Below, piece after piece: positions 35,228-45,754 of a stretch of DNA of 64,000 bases. The stretch's first letter is position 1; each line of letters starts with the position of its first letter. The notes under the pieces were generated by a model. It was given only the letters and a program-made list of their open reading frames with translations, had not been told where the DNA came from and did not search any database. The stretch covers positions 47,192 through 111,191 of the forward strand of contig DJPX01000042.1 in the NCBI GenBank assembly GCA_002438635.1, given 5' to 3'. Origin of the DNA: Bacteroidales bacterium UBA6401 (GTDB taxonomy: Bacteria > Bacteroidota > Bacteroidia > Bacteroidales > UBA932). The position numbers and the translations under genes are program-made.

Positions 35228-35827
35228 ATGTCTAAGATAATCTGGTTCGATAGTTTGAACTCCACAAATTCGTTTGCTAAAGAACATCTTGAGGAATATG
35301 ACAATATGTCAATAATAGCAACCCTACAGCAACGCGCTGGACGCGGTCAAGGAGATCATACTTGGTATGCCAGTGCTGGAAAGAACCTCACATTCACCAT
35401 TATATTCAAGCCTACCGACCTTCTAGCCTCTGATGCGTTGATGATAACGCGTATAACCACTTTGGCACTTTTAAATTATCTTAAATCGAAGGGCATAAAA
35501 GCACGCATCAAATGGCCTAATGACATATGGGTAGAAGACAAAAAAATCTGCGGCATTCTTATAGAGAACATTCTGGACGGGCGCATTATAAAAAACAGCA
35601 TCATAGGAGTAGGACTGAATATTAACGAAAAGAATTGGCCCAAAGAATTACCTAATCCTATATCGTTAAGCGAATTAACTAACACAGAGTACGATATTAG
35701 AAAAGAACTCGACCTACTTCATGACGAATTTAAAGCACAAGCCGCCCTACTCTTAGACGATAAGGGAAGATCTAACTTATGCGAGCGCTTCGAAAAGAAC
35801 GTATTTAAACTTGCTGAAGGGATTTAA
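35228..35827 (+). CDS. birA: Biotin-protein ligase, no N-terminal HTH
   Basis: STNS, QRAGRGQ, KWPNDI, KKICGILIE, GVGLNIN. Confidence 0.92.
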   Translation: MSKIIWFDSLNSTNSFAKEHLEEYDNMSIIATLQQRAGRGQGDHTWYASAGKNLTFTIIFKPTDLLASDALMITRITTLALLNYLKSKGIKARIKWPNDIWVEDKKICGILIENILDGRIIKNSIIGVGLNINEKNWPKELPNPISLSELTNTEYDIRKELDLLHDEFKAQAALLLDDKGRSNLCERFEKNVFKLAEGI

Positions 35828-36449
35828 CCACCGCAACTGGATCTGAGGCACCCAGAACCGAACTTCCGGCCACCACTATATTCACTCCACAAGAAGATAA
35901 TGCTTCGATATTGGCAGGACTAACTCCCCCATCCACTTGAATCAAGGTATCAGCTCCTCGCCTTGCAATCTCAGCCTTAAGGACACCCACCCTGTCTATA
36001 GTTTCATATATAAATTTCTGTCCACCGAAGCCAGCAAAAACAGACATAATTAAAAAGTAGTCCACCTTTCCTATGTATTTATACAACTTTTCCACAGGTA
36101 CATCCGGATTTATGGCCAATCCTACCTTCATTCCTAACTTTCTCGCAGTTTTTATGGCAGAGCCCGTATGCCATCCTGTCGCCTCAAGATGAAAACTAAC
36201 CATTTCTACTCCCAGATGGGCCAACCGCTCGAACCATCTTTGTGGCTTAACGACCATTAAATGAGCATCCATAGGAATAGACATCACCTTCCCTACGGCC
36301 TCAATTATAGGGAACCCAAATGAAATATTAGGCACAAAACTGCCATCCATAATGTCTAGATGAATGTAATCTGCACAAGAATCTATCATTTTCAAATCTT
36401 TCTCAAGATTTAAAAAGTCGGCAGTAAGTATAGAAGGAGCTACTTTCAT
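35805..36449 (-). CDS. rpe: Ribulose-phosphate 3-epimerase
   Basis: APSILTADF, HLDIMDGSFVPNISFG, DAHLMV, MSVFAGFGGQKF, VDGGV. Confidence 0.96.
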   Translation of the reverse strand: MKVAPSILTADFLNLEKDLKMIDSCADYIHLDIMDGSFVPNISFGFPIIEAVGKVMSIPMDAHLMVVKPQRWFERLAHLGVEMVSFHLEATGWHTGSAIKTARKLGMKVGLAINPDVPVEKLYKYIGKVDYFLIMSVFAGFGGQKFIYETIDRVGVLKAEIARRGADTLIQVDGGVSPANIEALSSCGVNIVVAGSSVLGASDPVAVVKSLQQV

Positions 36450-36450
36450 A

Positions 36451-37881
36451 TCATTTGAAATTGACTACCACATCTTCCAAATGCTCTGCAAACTTCTCAA
36501 GACTTTCCAAATCTAGTTTTTCACCTGGAGCATGAACACCACGAAGAGTAGGTCCGAATGAAATCATATCCAAACCAGGGAATTTCTCAAGGAATAAACC
36601 GCACTCAAGACCTGCGTGGATAGCGAGAACCTTAGGAGCCTGAGCGAAAAGCTTCTTATAAGAAAAAACGCACTGTTTCAATATGTTAGAATTAACATTA
36701 GGAGCCCATCCCGGATATTCATTAATGTGATTCACCTCTGCTCCGCCAAGCGAAAGAGCAGCCCTAACCTTTGCTGCTATAGCGCGACACTCGCTTTTAG
36801 TACTACTACGCTGGCTAGTGCATACTTTTATGAGATTTGAAGAAAAATCCGTCTGCACAGATGCCAAGTTAGTAGATGTTTCCACAAAACCAGGAACATC
36901 CTGGCTCATGGAAACAACCCCATGAGGGCACGCATATAGCGAAGCCACTATTTTTCGCGCCTGACTTGATGATATAGGAAGGTGCGCACAGGGATGCTCC
37001 ACACGAATACATTCAAAACTAAGAGCACTATCTGTTACCCTATATTCATTCTTTACTTCAGAAGCAAATCTTTCGAATTCGCTTGACAAAGCATCAGGAT
37101 CCAAGGTGGCAACTGCTGCGAGGCATTCCCTTGCAATCGCATTATGTTTTCCACCACCATTTATCTTAATTATCTGAAGACTATCTAGATGCGTGTACAA
37201 GAATCTTAACATAAGCAAAAGCGTATTAGCTCTTCCTTTATTAATATCATCTCCACTATGGCCGCCAATTCCTCCTTGTATAGTCAGACGACATCTTGTT
37301 GCTCCAGCGGCCAAATCTTCATTATCAAAATGATATACAGCCTCTGTCGTCACGCCACCGGCACATCCGATAAACATTTGTCCCTCGTCTTCTGAGTCAA
37401 GATTAATAAGAGTTTTACCTGTAAAAAAACCTTCCTGCATAAATTCAGCGCCATCCATCCCGGTTTCTTCTGAAATAGTAAAAACACATTCTATCTTGCC
37501 TGTAGGAAGATTACTCTCTAAAATGGCCAAGCTCGCCGCGATGCCTATACCATCATCTGCTCCAAGAGTAGTATCGGGTGCTATCATCCAACCATTTTCA
37601 ACTACATACTTAATAGGGTCTTTTGAAAAATCGTGAGAAACGCCTTCATTCTTTTCACAAACCATATCCTGATGAGACTGAAGTACCAAGGTAGGCACAT
37701 TTTCTTTTCCCGGCGTCGCCTCCTTAGTTATACATACATTGCCAATTTCATCTCTTTTTGCCTCCAATCCGTGATTTGATGCCCATTTAAGCAAAAATTC
37801 TGTCATAGGGCCTTCGTGACCTGATTCACGTGGGATACGAGTAATTTCCTTGAAGATTTCAAGGGTTCTTTCTGCTATCAT
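36451..37881 (-). CDS. pepD: Aminoacyl-histidine dipeptidase (M20)
   Basis: LQSHQDMVCEK, TTLGADDGIG, EETGMDGA, NLDSE, GGHSG, IHAGLECG, HAPGE. Confidence 0.93.
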   Translation of the reverse strand: MIAERTLEIFKEITRIPRESGHEGPMTEFLLKWASNHGLEAKRDEIGNVCITKEATPGKENVPTLVLQSHQDMVCEKNEGVSHDFSKDPIKYVVENGWMIAPDTTLGADDGIGIAASLAILESNLPTGKIECVFTISEETGMDGAEFMQEGFFTGKTLINLDSEDEGQMFIGCAGGVTTEAVYHFDNEDLAAGATRCRLTIQGGIGGHSGDDINKGRANTLLLMLRFLYTHLDSLQIIKINGGGKHNAIARECLAAVATLDPDALSSEFERFASEVKNEYRVTDSALSFECIRVEHPCAHLPISSSQARKIVASLYACPHGVVSMSQDVPGFVETSTNLASVQTDFSSNLIKVCTSQRSSTKSECRAIAAKVRAALSLGGAEVNHINEYPGWAPNVNSNILKQCVFSYKKLFAQAPKVLAIHAGLECGLFLEKFPGLDMISFGPTLRGVHAPGEKLDLESLEKFAEHLEDVVVNFK

Positions 37882-37899
37882 AATATATGTAGTTAAAAT

Positions 37900-39327
37900 T
37901 TATCTTCTTTCAGGTACTAGCAGTCCCTCGAGTTCTGTTACATAACTCTTGAACATTCTATCTGTACTCATTAAATCGCACACGGTATTATACGAGTGCA
38001 ACACTGTGGAATGATCCTTTCCCCCTGTCTTCGACCCTATAATAGATAATGAGCAATTCGGGATAAGATTCCTGCACAGATACATAGATATCTGCCTTGC
38101 CTGCACGAGCTGTCTTTTACGAGAATTCGACACAAGGTCAGCTTTTGTAATCTGAAAATACTCGCACACAGCACCTTGAACCTTATCTATGGTAAGATCA
38201 CTCTTAGGCTCAGAGACTATATTCGAAAGCACATTGTTCACCATATCTATAGAACAATCCCTATGCGTAAAAGTAGAATAAGCCATCAGCGAGATAAGAG
38301 CCCCCTCCAACTCACGGAAATTACTTTTAACATTCATAGCTATATATCTAAGGACATCGTCAGAGATGATCAATCCCTCTCTTCGACATTTAGACTGCAA
38401 CATACTAAGACGCGTATTGTAGTCAGGATGTCTTAGTTCAACAGACAAGCCCCACTTAAAACGAGATAGCAACCTCTCCTCGAAATTCTCCAAATCTCGC
38501 GGTGCTCTATCTGAAGTCAATATCAATTGCTTCCCGTGAAGATGCAAATGATTAAAGATGCTAAAGAATGCACTTTGATTACCTTGACCACGCATATCCT
38601 GAATGTCATCAATAATCAGTACATCAATCTTCATATAAAAAGAGAGGAAATCCGTTAGTATATTACGCTGTGTTGCGTCCATATACTTGGTTTTAAACTC
38701 TGTACCAGTCACATAAAGCACTGTGCAGTCTGGATTCTTTTCCTTTATAGCATTTCCAATAGCCTGTGCCAAGTGTGTCTTCCCTAGACCGCAACCACCA
38801 AAGATAAAGAGCGGATTATATGGTGTATTCCCCGGCTTATCAGATATCTCCAGTCCTGTTAATATTCCAAGCTTATTACACTCTCCTTCTACCAAAGTGC
38901 TGAAACGATAGTCCGGATTAAGACGCGGGTCTATCTGCATCTTCTTTAAGCCAGGATATACAAAAACCCCGTTGCTGCCAGAGGGCTTTACCGTCGCTAT
39001 AGATACAGGCGAATTCTTAGCTATCGGACCGGCTGTACCATCTATATCCAAGGAAGGTTGTCCCTGAACAGGAGCCACACGATATCTCAATTTAGCGCCT
39101 CCCCCGATCACTCTCCTTAAAGTAAGCGTCAGAAGATCTAAAAAATTCTGCTCGATAAAATCGCGGTAATAAATGGTAGGGACTTCCACCGTAAGTACAT
39201 CACCAGACAACGCAACGAACCTGATAGGTTTAAACCAGGTTTCGAATTGAACAGGGAGGACATTGCTTTCTATTATACGCAGACAATCCTCCCAGACATT
39301 ACTGCTATGTCTTTGCGTGTCCTGCAT
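37900..39327 (-). CDS. dnaA: Chromosomal replication initiator
   Basis: FETWF, NPLFIFGGCGLGKTHL, LIIDDIQ, RLLSRFKWGL, NFRELEGAL, RQISMYL, KDHSTVLH. Confidence 0.97.
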   Translation of the reverse strand: MQDTQRHSSNVWEDCLRIIESNVLPVQFETWFKPIRFVALSGDVLTVEVPTIYYRDFIEQNFLDLLTLTLRRVIGGGAKLRYRVAPVQGQPSLDIDGTAGPIAKNSPVSIATVKPSGSNGVFVYPGLKKMQIDPRLNPDYRFSTLVEGECNKLGILTGLEISDKPGNTPYNPLFIFGGCGLGKTHLAQAIGNAIKEKNPDCTVLYVTGTEFKTKYMDATQRNILTDFLSFYMKIDVLIIDDIQDMRGQGNQSAFFSIFNHLHLHGKQLILTSDRAPRDLENFEERLLSRFKWGLSVELRHPDYNTRLSMLQSKCRREGLIISDDVLRYIAMNVKSNFRELEGALISLMAYSTFTHRDCSIDMVNNVLSNIVSEPKSDLTIDKVQGAVCEYFQITKADLVSNSRKRQLVQARQISMYLCRNLIPNCSLSIIGSKTGGKDHSTVLHSYNTVCDLMSTDRMFKSYVTELEGLLVPERR

Positions 39328-39479
39328 TTTACTTAGGAATTTTGTGGAGACAAAAGTGGGGGAAAAAAACTACATAAAAAAATTAATTTACTATTGCATA
39401 AATAAAATTAAATACATAGTAAATTAAAATTTTCACCTGTTTTTTGACTTACGTAAAATATTAAATACGAATTATTTAC

Positions 39480-39519
39480 AAAGCACACACAGAGATAACG
39501 AATTGAATTTGTGTGCTTT
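39480..39519. repeat. 10-bp perfect inverted repeat in the AT-rich amidase-dnaA spacer
   Basis: AAAGCACACA (39480-39489) / TGTGTGCTTT (39510-39519). Confidence 0.5.
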
Positions 39520-39580
39520 TAGTATTTTTAATAATTCTAAATTAGTTTCTACTCAAAAGTTTGTTTGTAGGGTACAATAT

Positions 39581-40663
39581 CTACTTGACTCTGTGTAATT
39601 CCGAACCCTCAATCTTAACAATAAAACTATCCGGGTATCTTTTCTTTATTTTTTTATACTCTTCCTTTACTTTATCTAAAGATGCATCTGTCGCCACTAC
39701 ATATTTATTAATCTTCCCGGACGGGAAAACTTCAGGAATATAACCCATAAGTCTAGAATCTTCTTTATGAACCTGCGAAGACACGGCAAATATCTGCACC
39801 CCATAATACACTTGAGGTCCAACTTCGGGATCATCGTAATGCAACAACTCTGTTTCTGAACTAAATGAAGTGGTGGAATCATAGAGCTTTTTATACTCGG
39901 TAAATGCGTTCAGTAATCTTTGAGCAAGCGCCTGCCTTTCTGAAGGCTTTTTAAGCTGGGCCAAATCCTGTGGATTAGAGATAAAACCGAGTTCCACCAA
40001 TACGGCTGGCATAGTAGTTTTCCATAGTACATAAAACGGGTCCTGGCTTACTCCCCTATTCACTTTCACCGGTCCACCTTTTAGATTCTCGTTTATAATC
40101 TGAGCGAAGTCAATACTTTGTTCAAGGTGTGCACTCTGCATCATGGTCATAAAGATGTAGGAACTCGGATCGGAAGGGTCAAATCCGGCTGACTTAGGAT
40201 TATAGTTATCATCCAGCATAATAACAGAGTTCTCTCTTTTTACCAAATCCAGATTGGCCTTGTACAAATCCCTGTTTTTTTGTGATGACTGCCCCAATAC
40301 GTGAGTTGAAAACCCTGACGACTTAGTGGAATAGGCAGAATTAATGTGAATGGAGATAAACAAATCCGCGCTGCACTCATTAGCTATCTGTGCGCGCCTA
40401 TCAAGGGAAATGAACCTATCATCGCTTCGGGTCATCACTACCTTTACATCAGGATATTTCTGCTTAATGAGCTTCTCCAGTCTTTGTGCTATATCGAGAG
40501 TAAAAGTCTTCTCCTTAGTCTTTCCATCCTTACTTATTGCACCAGGGTCTTTTCCACCATGACCTGCGTCGACAACTACGGTTTTTAGTATGATATTTCC
40601 TTCTGCCGATGCATACAGACTCGTCAGAAACAAAGAAAATAAAATCAAAGCAACTCGTTTCAT
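39581..40663 (-). CDS. N-acetylmuramoyl-L-alanine amidase (Amidase_3)
   Basis: VVDAGHGGKDPGA, EK, TRSDD, FISIHIN, MPAVLVELGFISN; SPOR-like C-terminus. Confidence 0.92.
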   Translation of the reverse strand: MKRVALILFSLFLTSLYASAEGNIILKTVVVDAGHGGKDPGAISKDGKTKEKTFTLDIAQRLEKLIKQKYPDVKVVMTRSDDRFISLDRRAQIANECSADLFISIHINSAYSTKSSGFSTHVLGQSSQKNRDLYKANLDLVKRENSVIMLDDNYNPKSAGFDPSDPSSYIFMTMMQSAHLEQSIDFAQIINENLKGGPVKVNRGVSQDPFYVLWKTTMPAVLVELGFISNPQDLAQLKKPSERQALAQRLLNAFTEYKKLYDSTTSFSSETELLHYDDPEVGPQVYYGVQIFAVSSQVHKEDSRLMGYIPEVFPSGKINKYVVATDASLDKVKEEYKKIKKRYPDSFIVKIEGSELHRVK

Positions 40664-40687
40664 ATTGGGAAAGTAGGAATATTGTCT

Positions 40688-40711
40688 TATCTTTGTGAGA
40701 TTGCAAATCTA
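40688..40711. promoter_or_regulatory. Overlapping divergent promoters of lptD (+) and amidase (-)
   Basis: TATCTTTG (+, 40688-40695) and TAGATTTG (-, 40704-40711). Confidence 0.55.
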
Positions 40712-40720
40712 CAAAGAAAA

Positions 40721-43459
40721 TTGCATAAACTAAATATAAAATATACGCTATACCTGTTTCTTGCAGGATTTCTCTTTTTTTTATGCTTTGACGCCATGGC
40801 TCAAAGACCGCCACGTGGTAGCAAACCACTTGCCGGAGGCGCAAGAATAAAAAAAGAAGCACCTGCACCAGATTCTTTAGCGATTGCCCGCGCCGACAGC
40901 ATAGCTAGAGCCGACTCCCTATTTAGAGTCGACTCACTTGCACAATTAAGTTATAGTTCACTAAAACAGCCAGCGTTCTCTAACGCGCGCGACTCCATAG
41001 TAGAAGTCTTTACCAACGGACAACGTATGATCTACTATTATGGAGACGTGACCGTGAAATATCAAGACATGACACTTACTGCAGAATTGATGGATTACGA
41101 TATGAACTCTGGAATAGTTTATGCCAGGGGTGTTCTTGATACACTGACAGGTGAATGGAAAGGGTTACCTGTAATGACGCAGGGTAAGCAGTCATATAAG
41201 ATGCAGGAAATAAGGTATAATTTCAATAGCCAGAAAGTCAGTATCAAACAAGCTCTTACAAAAGAAGATGAAGGGCTGCTACATGGTGAACACATCAAGA
41301 TTATGCCTGACAAGAGCATGAATGTGGAACACGGAAAATACACGGTGTGCGATTTGGAGCACCCACATTACTGGATGGAACTTTCTGTTGCAAAAGTCGT
41401 TACTAAGCCCACAAGAAAAACCGTCTTCGGACCTGCACATCTTGTGGTGGCGGATGTACATATCCCATTTATTGGCATTCCATTCGGTTTTATTCCAAAA
41501 AAGCCCGAGCGAGCAACCGGTCTTCTAATGCCTACCTTCGGAGAAGAGAATGCACGAGGTTTCTTTATGCGAGATGCGGGGATGTATTTCGTTTTCGGGG
41601 ATTATCTTGACCTTTCGCTTACAGGAGATTATTATACGCTAGGTTCATGGGGGATAGATGTAAACTCAAGATATAAAGTTAATTATAAATTTAATGGTAA
41701 TTTGGCATTCAACTACTCCTATGATCAAACTGGAGAGAAGGGATCGCCAGATTTTTTCTCGTCAAGTAACTTCGGAATAAAATGGAGTCACTCACAAGAT
41801 TCTAAAGCAAGGCCGGGAACGACATTCAGCGCCTCGGTTAACTTCTCCAGTCCATCGAACAGCAGATATAATTCCCACTCTGTAAATGAGGCTCTTCAGA
41901 ACCAAGTAAGTTCATCCATTTCCTATTCGAAAAACTGGAATGGAAAAGTCAACCTATCCATGAACTTGCTGCATAACCAAAACTCCCGAGATAGTTCCTA
42001 CGCCTTTACACTGCCTAACATTACGCTTTCAGTAAGCACTTTCTATCCTTTCAAGCAAAAAAACCGAGTAGGAAAAGAAAAAGCTTGGGAGAAGATTTCG
42101 TTCGGATATAGTACATCCCTTCAAAATAAAATTAATTTCAAGGCAAAGGAATTCGGGAAAAGTGGCTTTACAGACAAATTCAAAAACGGAATGACCCATA
42201 ACTTCAGCATAGGATTGCCTAGTTTCCAGTTATTCAAGTATTTGAATTTCAGTCCATCCGTTTCCTATAGCCAAAACTGGTTTTTCAGATCCAGCGAGGC
42301 TGTCTACAATAAGGAAACAGATAAGGTAGAATTAGTAGAAGGAAAACAATTCGGGACTTTCGGTATAACACAGAACTATTCTGGTTCCATAAGTATGAGC
42401 ACCAGAATATATGGTATGTTCAATTTCGGAAAATACAGTAAAGTCCAAGCCATCAGACACGTAATTTCCCCATCGATATCCCTTTCATTAAGTCCAGAGA
42501 AAGGAACTTATGCTAATGGATATCGAACCCTCTACTACACCGACATAAATGGTAACGATAAAGAGTATCAATACAATATTTATCAAGGCCAATTATATTC
42601 TGCCCCAGGAAAAGGCAGAAGCGCCACTGCGAGTATATCCATCGGAAACAATCTGGAAGCTAAAGTTCTGGACTATGCCGACTCTACAGGAAAAGGGAGC
42701 AAAAAGGTTAAACTTCTAGACCAGTTCAACATTTCCACCGGCTACAATTTCCTTGCAGATTCGCTTAAGATGAGGACCATCAGCACCACTATGAGCACTA
42801 ACCTTTTCAACAAGGTGAACATCAGCGGAAGTGCGGCATTCGACCCATACGCCATTGACAACAAAGGTAAAACATATAATAAATTCGCCATACAGGCAGG
42901 GCAGGGATTGGCCCGTTTCACTACGGCATCGCTCTCGGCATCCTACTCTCTTTCAGGGAAAGGTACCATAGAAGGAAATGATGGACGAGAAGAAGGAAGC
43001 AGTAGCGAAAGCGGAGCACTAAGTTACTATCAGCGCATTTACTATCATCCAGTTACTGGAGAATACATACCTGGAGGCTGGCTATATTACACTAATCCTA
43101 ATGTTCCATGGTCACTGAATTTTAGTGGTAGTTTCCGATACTCAAAAAGTTATAACTATGATAGCACAGCCGAAGTTCTAAAAACAAAAAACACATTCAC
43201 TACTACACTGAATGTCACTGGAAACATAAAACTTACTCCGCGACTAAATCTTAGTGCATCATCCGGATATGACTTTGTGGCTAAAAAGATTACTACCACA
43301 CAGATGAACGCCACCTACGACCTGCATTGCTTCAACATAACCTTCTCGTGGGTTCCTGTAGGCACGTGGAAACAATATAGTTTCAAAATAGCGGCCAATG
43401 CAGCCTCACTTGCCGACCTTCTTCGATTCAAAAAGAGTAGTAGCTATTGGGATAATTAA
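40721..43459 (+). CDS. lptD: Putative LPS-assembly protein LptD (Bacteroidota type)
   Basis: YTVCDLEHPHY, FGPAHLVV, GLLMPTFGEENARGF, WSHSQDSKA, IRHVISPSIS, DLHCF. Start uncertain; TTG 40721 chosen because the promoter box lies inside the longer ORF. Confidence 0.82.
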   Translation: MHKLNIKYTLYLFLAGFLFFLCFDAMAQRPPRGSKPLAGGARIKKEAPAPDSLAIARADSIARADSLFRVDSLAQLSYSSLKQPAFSNARDSIVEVFTNGQRMIYYYGDVTVKYQDMTLTAELMDYDMNSGIVYARGVLDTLTGEWKGLPVMTQGKQSYKMQEIRYNFNSQKVSIKQALTKEDEGLLHGEHIKIMPDKSMNVEHGKYTVCDLEHPHYWMELSVAKVVTKPTRKTVFGPAHLVVADVHIPFIGIPFGFIPKKPERATGLLMPTFGEENARGFFMRDAGMYFVFGDYLDLSLTGDYYTLGSWGIDVNSRYKVNYKFNGNLAFNYSYDQTGEKGSPDFFSSSNFGIKWSHSQDSKARPGTTFSASVNFSSPSNSRYNSHSVNEALQNQVSSSISYSKNWNGKVNLSMNLLHNQNSRDSSYAFTLPNITLSVSTFYPFKQKNRVGKEKAWEKISFGYSTSLQNKINFKAKEFGKSGFTDKFKNGMTHNFSIGLPSFQLFKYLNFSPSVSYSQNWFFRSSEAVYNKETDKVELVEGKQFGTFGITQNYSGSISMSTRIYGMFNFGKYSKVQAIRHVISPSISLSLSPEKGTYANGYRTLYYTDINGNDKEYQYNIYQGQLYSAPGKGRSATASISIGNNLEAKVLDYADSTGKGSKKVKLLDQFNISTGYNFLADSLKMRTISTTMSTNLFNKVNISGSAAFDPYAIDNKGKTYNKFAIQAGQGLARFTTASLSASYSLSGKGTIEGNDGREEGSSSESGALSYYQRIYYHPVTGEYIPGGWLYYTNPNVPWSLNFSGSFRYSKSYNYDSTAEVLKTKNTFTTTLNVTGNIKLTPRLNLSASSGYDFVAKKITTTQMNATYDLHCFNITFSWVPVGTWKQYSFKIAANAASLADLLRFKKSSSYWDN

Positions 43460-43469
43460 AAATATTCAC

Positions 43470-43477
43470 TATATTTG
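43470..43477 (+). promoter_or_regulatory. -7 promoter box of rho
   Basis: TATATTTG just after the lptD stop; implies a leader of about 310 nt. Confidence 0.5.
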
Positions 43478-43793
43478 CATTCGCTTCTTGTGAGGTTTCT
43501 TTTTGATTTTTCATCCGAAATTTGAGCGAATATCATTAAAAACATATATATATGAACTGCTTCAAATATGCATATTAGAAACACAAACGATTATTGAGAG
43601 TATATCCTTCGATAAAGTCATGCCATTTTTCAGTTCTTTCTTAAAGATTTAAGATTTTCGTTTAATTGAAAAAGATATGCAATGGAAAATCCTAATATAC
43701 CGAACGAAACAGCTTCTTAATTTAACGAATAACAACACATAATGGAAAAGACATTTTTCATTATTACTCATAGAAATTTTTAATATTTACACA

Positions 43794-45728
43794 ATGCCAC
43801 ATCGTCTATACGACCTAAGTGAAATGAGCCGTGAGGAATTAGAAAAGATAGCTCAAGGCTTGAACATTAAGTTTTCAAAAAAAATCGACAACGAAAACCT
43901 CGCTTATATGATTCTTGACGCAGAAGCCCAAGCCGTCGCTAATGGCACCATGCAAAGTGAGCAGAAGCCACAAAATCAGCCTAAAAAAAGAGGACGCAAG
44001 CCTAAGGCAACTCAAGAAAGCAAGCCGGCAGAATCTAAACCATCACAGCCTTTACTTGAACAAACTGCTAAGCCTAGCCAGGCAGAGCTTCCATCACAGT
44101 CGAATAAGAATATGGCAAGCTCAAATACAAACTCTAAAGACAAGGCTACAATAGAAAATGCTTCTTCTGGGGAAAATGCTACTAAAGTGGAAAGTGCTCC
44201 AAACATAACTGAAAACGCATCTAAGAGAAAAAGAGGTAGACCGAAAAAGCAGAAATCCCTAGATAGTGATGCAAACATAAAAACCCCAGAACTTTTTGAG
44301 GAAAAACAGATAGTTCCACCTGCCAGTGAAAAAGTCGCTTCAACTGAAAATGGCAATATTCCTACACCCAAGCGCCAAGATAACGATTTTAAAAAACAGG
44401 CTATTCTAAATAAGGCCGCAGAAAGATTGGCCGCTCAAAAAAACAGGAACAATCAACAGCTAACAACTCAAAACCCAACAATAAAATCTGAAAATCAGAG
44501 CGTAAAGATTGATAACCAGTCCCAAACTCAACAGCAGCCTAAACAAAACACCCCCAAGAAGGCTCAATATCCTGAATATGAAGGGACAGTAACAGCGACT
44601 GGGGTTCTAGAAGTTATGCCGGATGGGTATGGTTTCCTACGCAGTTCCGATTACAACTATCTCAACAGCCCAGATGACATCTATGTTTCCTCTCAACAGA
44701 TAAAAAGTTACGCGCTTAAAAACGGGGATACTGTACTGGGAGAGATACGCCCACCACGTGAAGGAGACAAATACTTCCCTCTTGTAAGCGTGAAAATGGT
44801 GAACGGACGCAGCCCTGAATTCATAAGAGACAGGGTTCCATTCGATTTTCTAACTCCACTCTTCCCTAATGAAAAATTCAATCTACTAGGACACGGACAC
44901 GGGAGCGATCCTTCTTGCCGAATTGTGGATATGTTCTCCCCTATTGGCAAAGGACAGCGAGGACTTATCGTGGCGCAGCCTAAAACAGGTAAAACTGTGC
45001 TTTTGAAAAGTTTGGCCAATGCCATAGCGGATAACCACCCTGAAGTCTATGAAATCGTACTTCTAATAGATGAAAGACCAGAGGAAGTAACGGATATGCA
45101 GCGTAGTGTAAAAGCAGAAGTAGTAGCTTCCACATTCGATGAACCAGCTGAAAGGCATGTGAAAGTAGCCAATATGGTGCTCGAAAAAGCTAGAAGGCTC
45201 GTGGAATGCGGTCACGACGTAGTTATCCTACTTGACTCTATAACCAGACTCGCACGCGCCTATAACACGGTTCAACCAGCTTCTGGTAAAGTACTCACGG
45301 GTGGTGTGGATGCCAATGCACTTCAAAAGCCTAAACGCTTCTTCGGTGCTGCCAGAAATGTTGAAGGAGGAGGCTCACTTACCATACTCGCTACTGCACT
45401 TACCGACACTGGTTCGAAAATGGATGAAGTCATATTCGAAGAATTCAAGGGTACAGGTAATTCAGAAATACAGCTAGATAGAGCACTGGCAAATAGACGC
45501 ATCTTCCCTGCGGTAAATGTCGTTCTTTCCGGGACGCGCCGCGATGATCTTCTATACGAAAAATCTGCAAGTCAGAGGATATGGATACTTAGAAAGCTAC
45601 TTGCCGATATGAACCCTATCGAGGCTATGAATTTCATGCTTCAGTTAATGGATGAGTATAAAACAAATCAAGACCTTCTTGATAATATGAACAAAGTCAC
45701 ACCTCGTGACCTAAAATATTACGACTAA
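43794..45728 (+). CDS. rho: Transcription termination factor Rho with long N-terminal insertion
   Basis: [73 protein letters not shown]. Confidence 0.97.
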   Translation: MPHRLYDLSEMSREELEKIAQGLNIKFSKKIDNENLAYMILDAEAQAVANGTMQSEQKPQNQPKKRGRKPKATQESKPAESKPSQPLLEQTAKPSQAELPSQSNKNMASSNTNSKDKATIENASSGENATKVESAPNITENASKRKRGRPKKQKSLDSDANIKTPELFEEKQIVPPASEKVASTENGNIPTPKRQDNDFKKQAILNKAAERLAAQKNRNNQQLTTQNPTIKSENQSVKIDNQSQTQQQPKQNTPKKAQYPEYEGTVTATGVLEVMPDGYGFLRSSDYNYLNSPDDIYVSSQQIKSYALKNGDTVLGEIRPPREGDKYFPLVSVKMVNGRSPEFIRDRVPFDFLTPLFPNEKFNLLGHGHGSDPSCRIVDMFSPIGKGQRGLIVAQPKTGKTVLLKSLANAIADNHPEVYEIVLLIDERPEEVTDMQRSVKAEVVASTFDEPAERHVKVANMVLEKARRLVECGHDVVILLDSITRLARAYNTVQPASGKVLTGGVDANALQKPKRFFGAARNVEGGGSLTILATALTDTGSKMDEVIFEEFKGTGNSEIQLDRALANRRIFPAVNVVLSGTRRDDLLYEKSASQRIWILRKLLADMNPIEAMNFMLQLMDEYKTNQDLLDNMNKVTPRDLKYYD

Positions 45729-45754
45729 AGAACTTTCAGAAAAGCATAAGAACT

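Noticed and set aside
39328..39580. oriC next to dnaA
   Set aside because: AT-rich, but only one or two degenerate DnaA-box-like 9-mers (e.g. TTATTTACA), no dnaN and no obvious strand-bias switch by eye; a cumulative GC-skew calculation would be needed.
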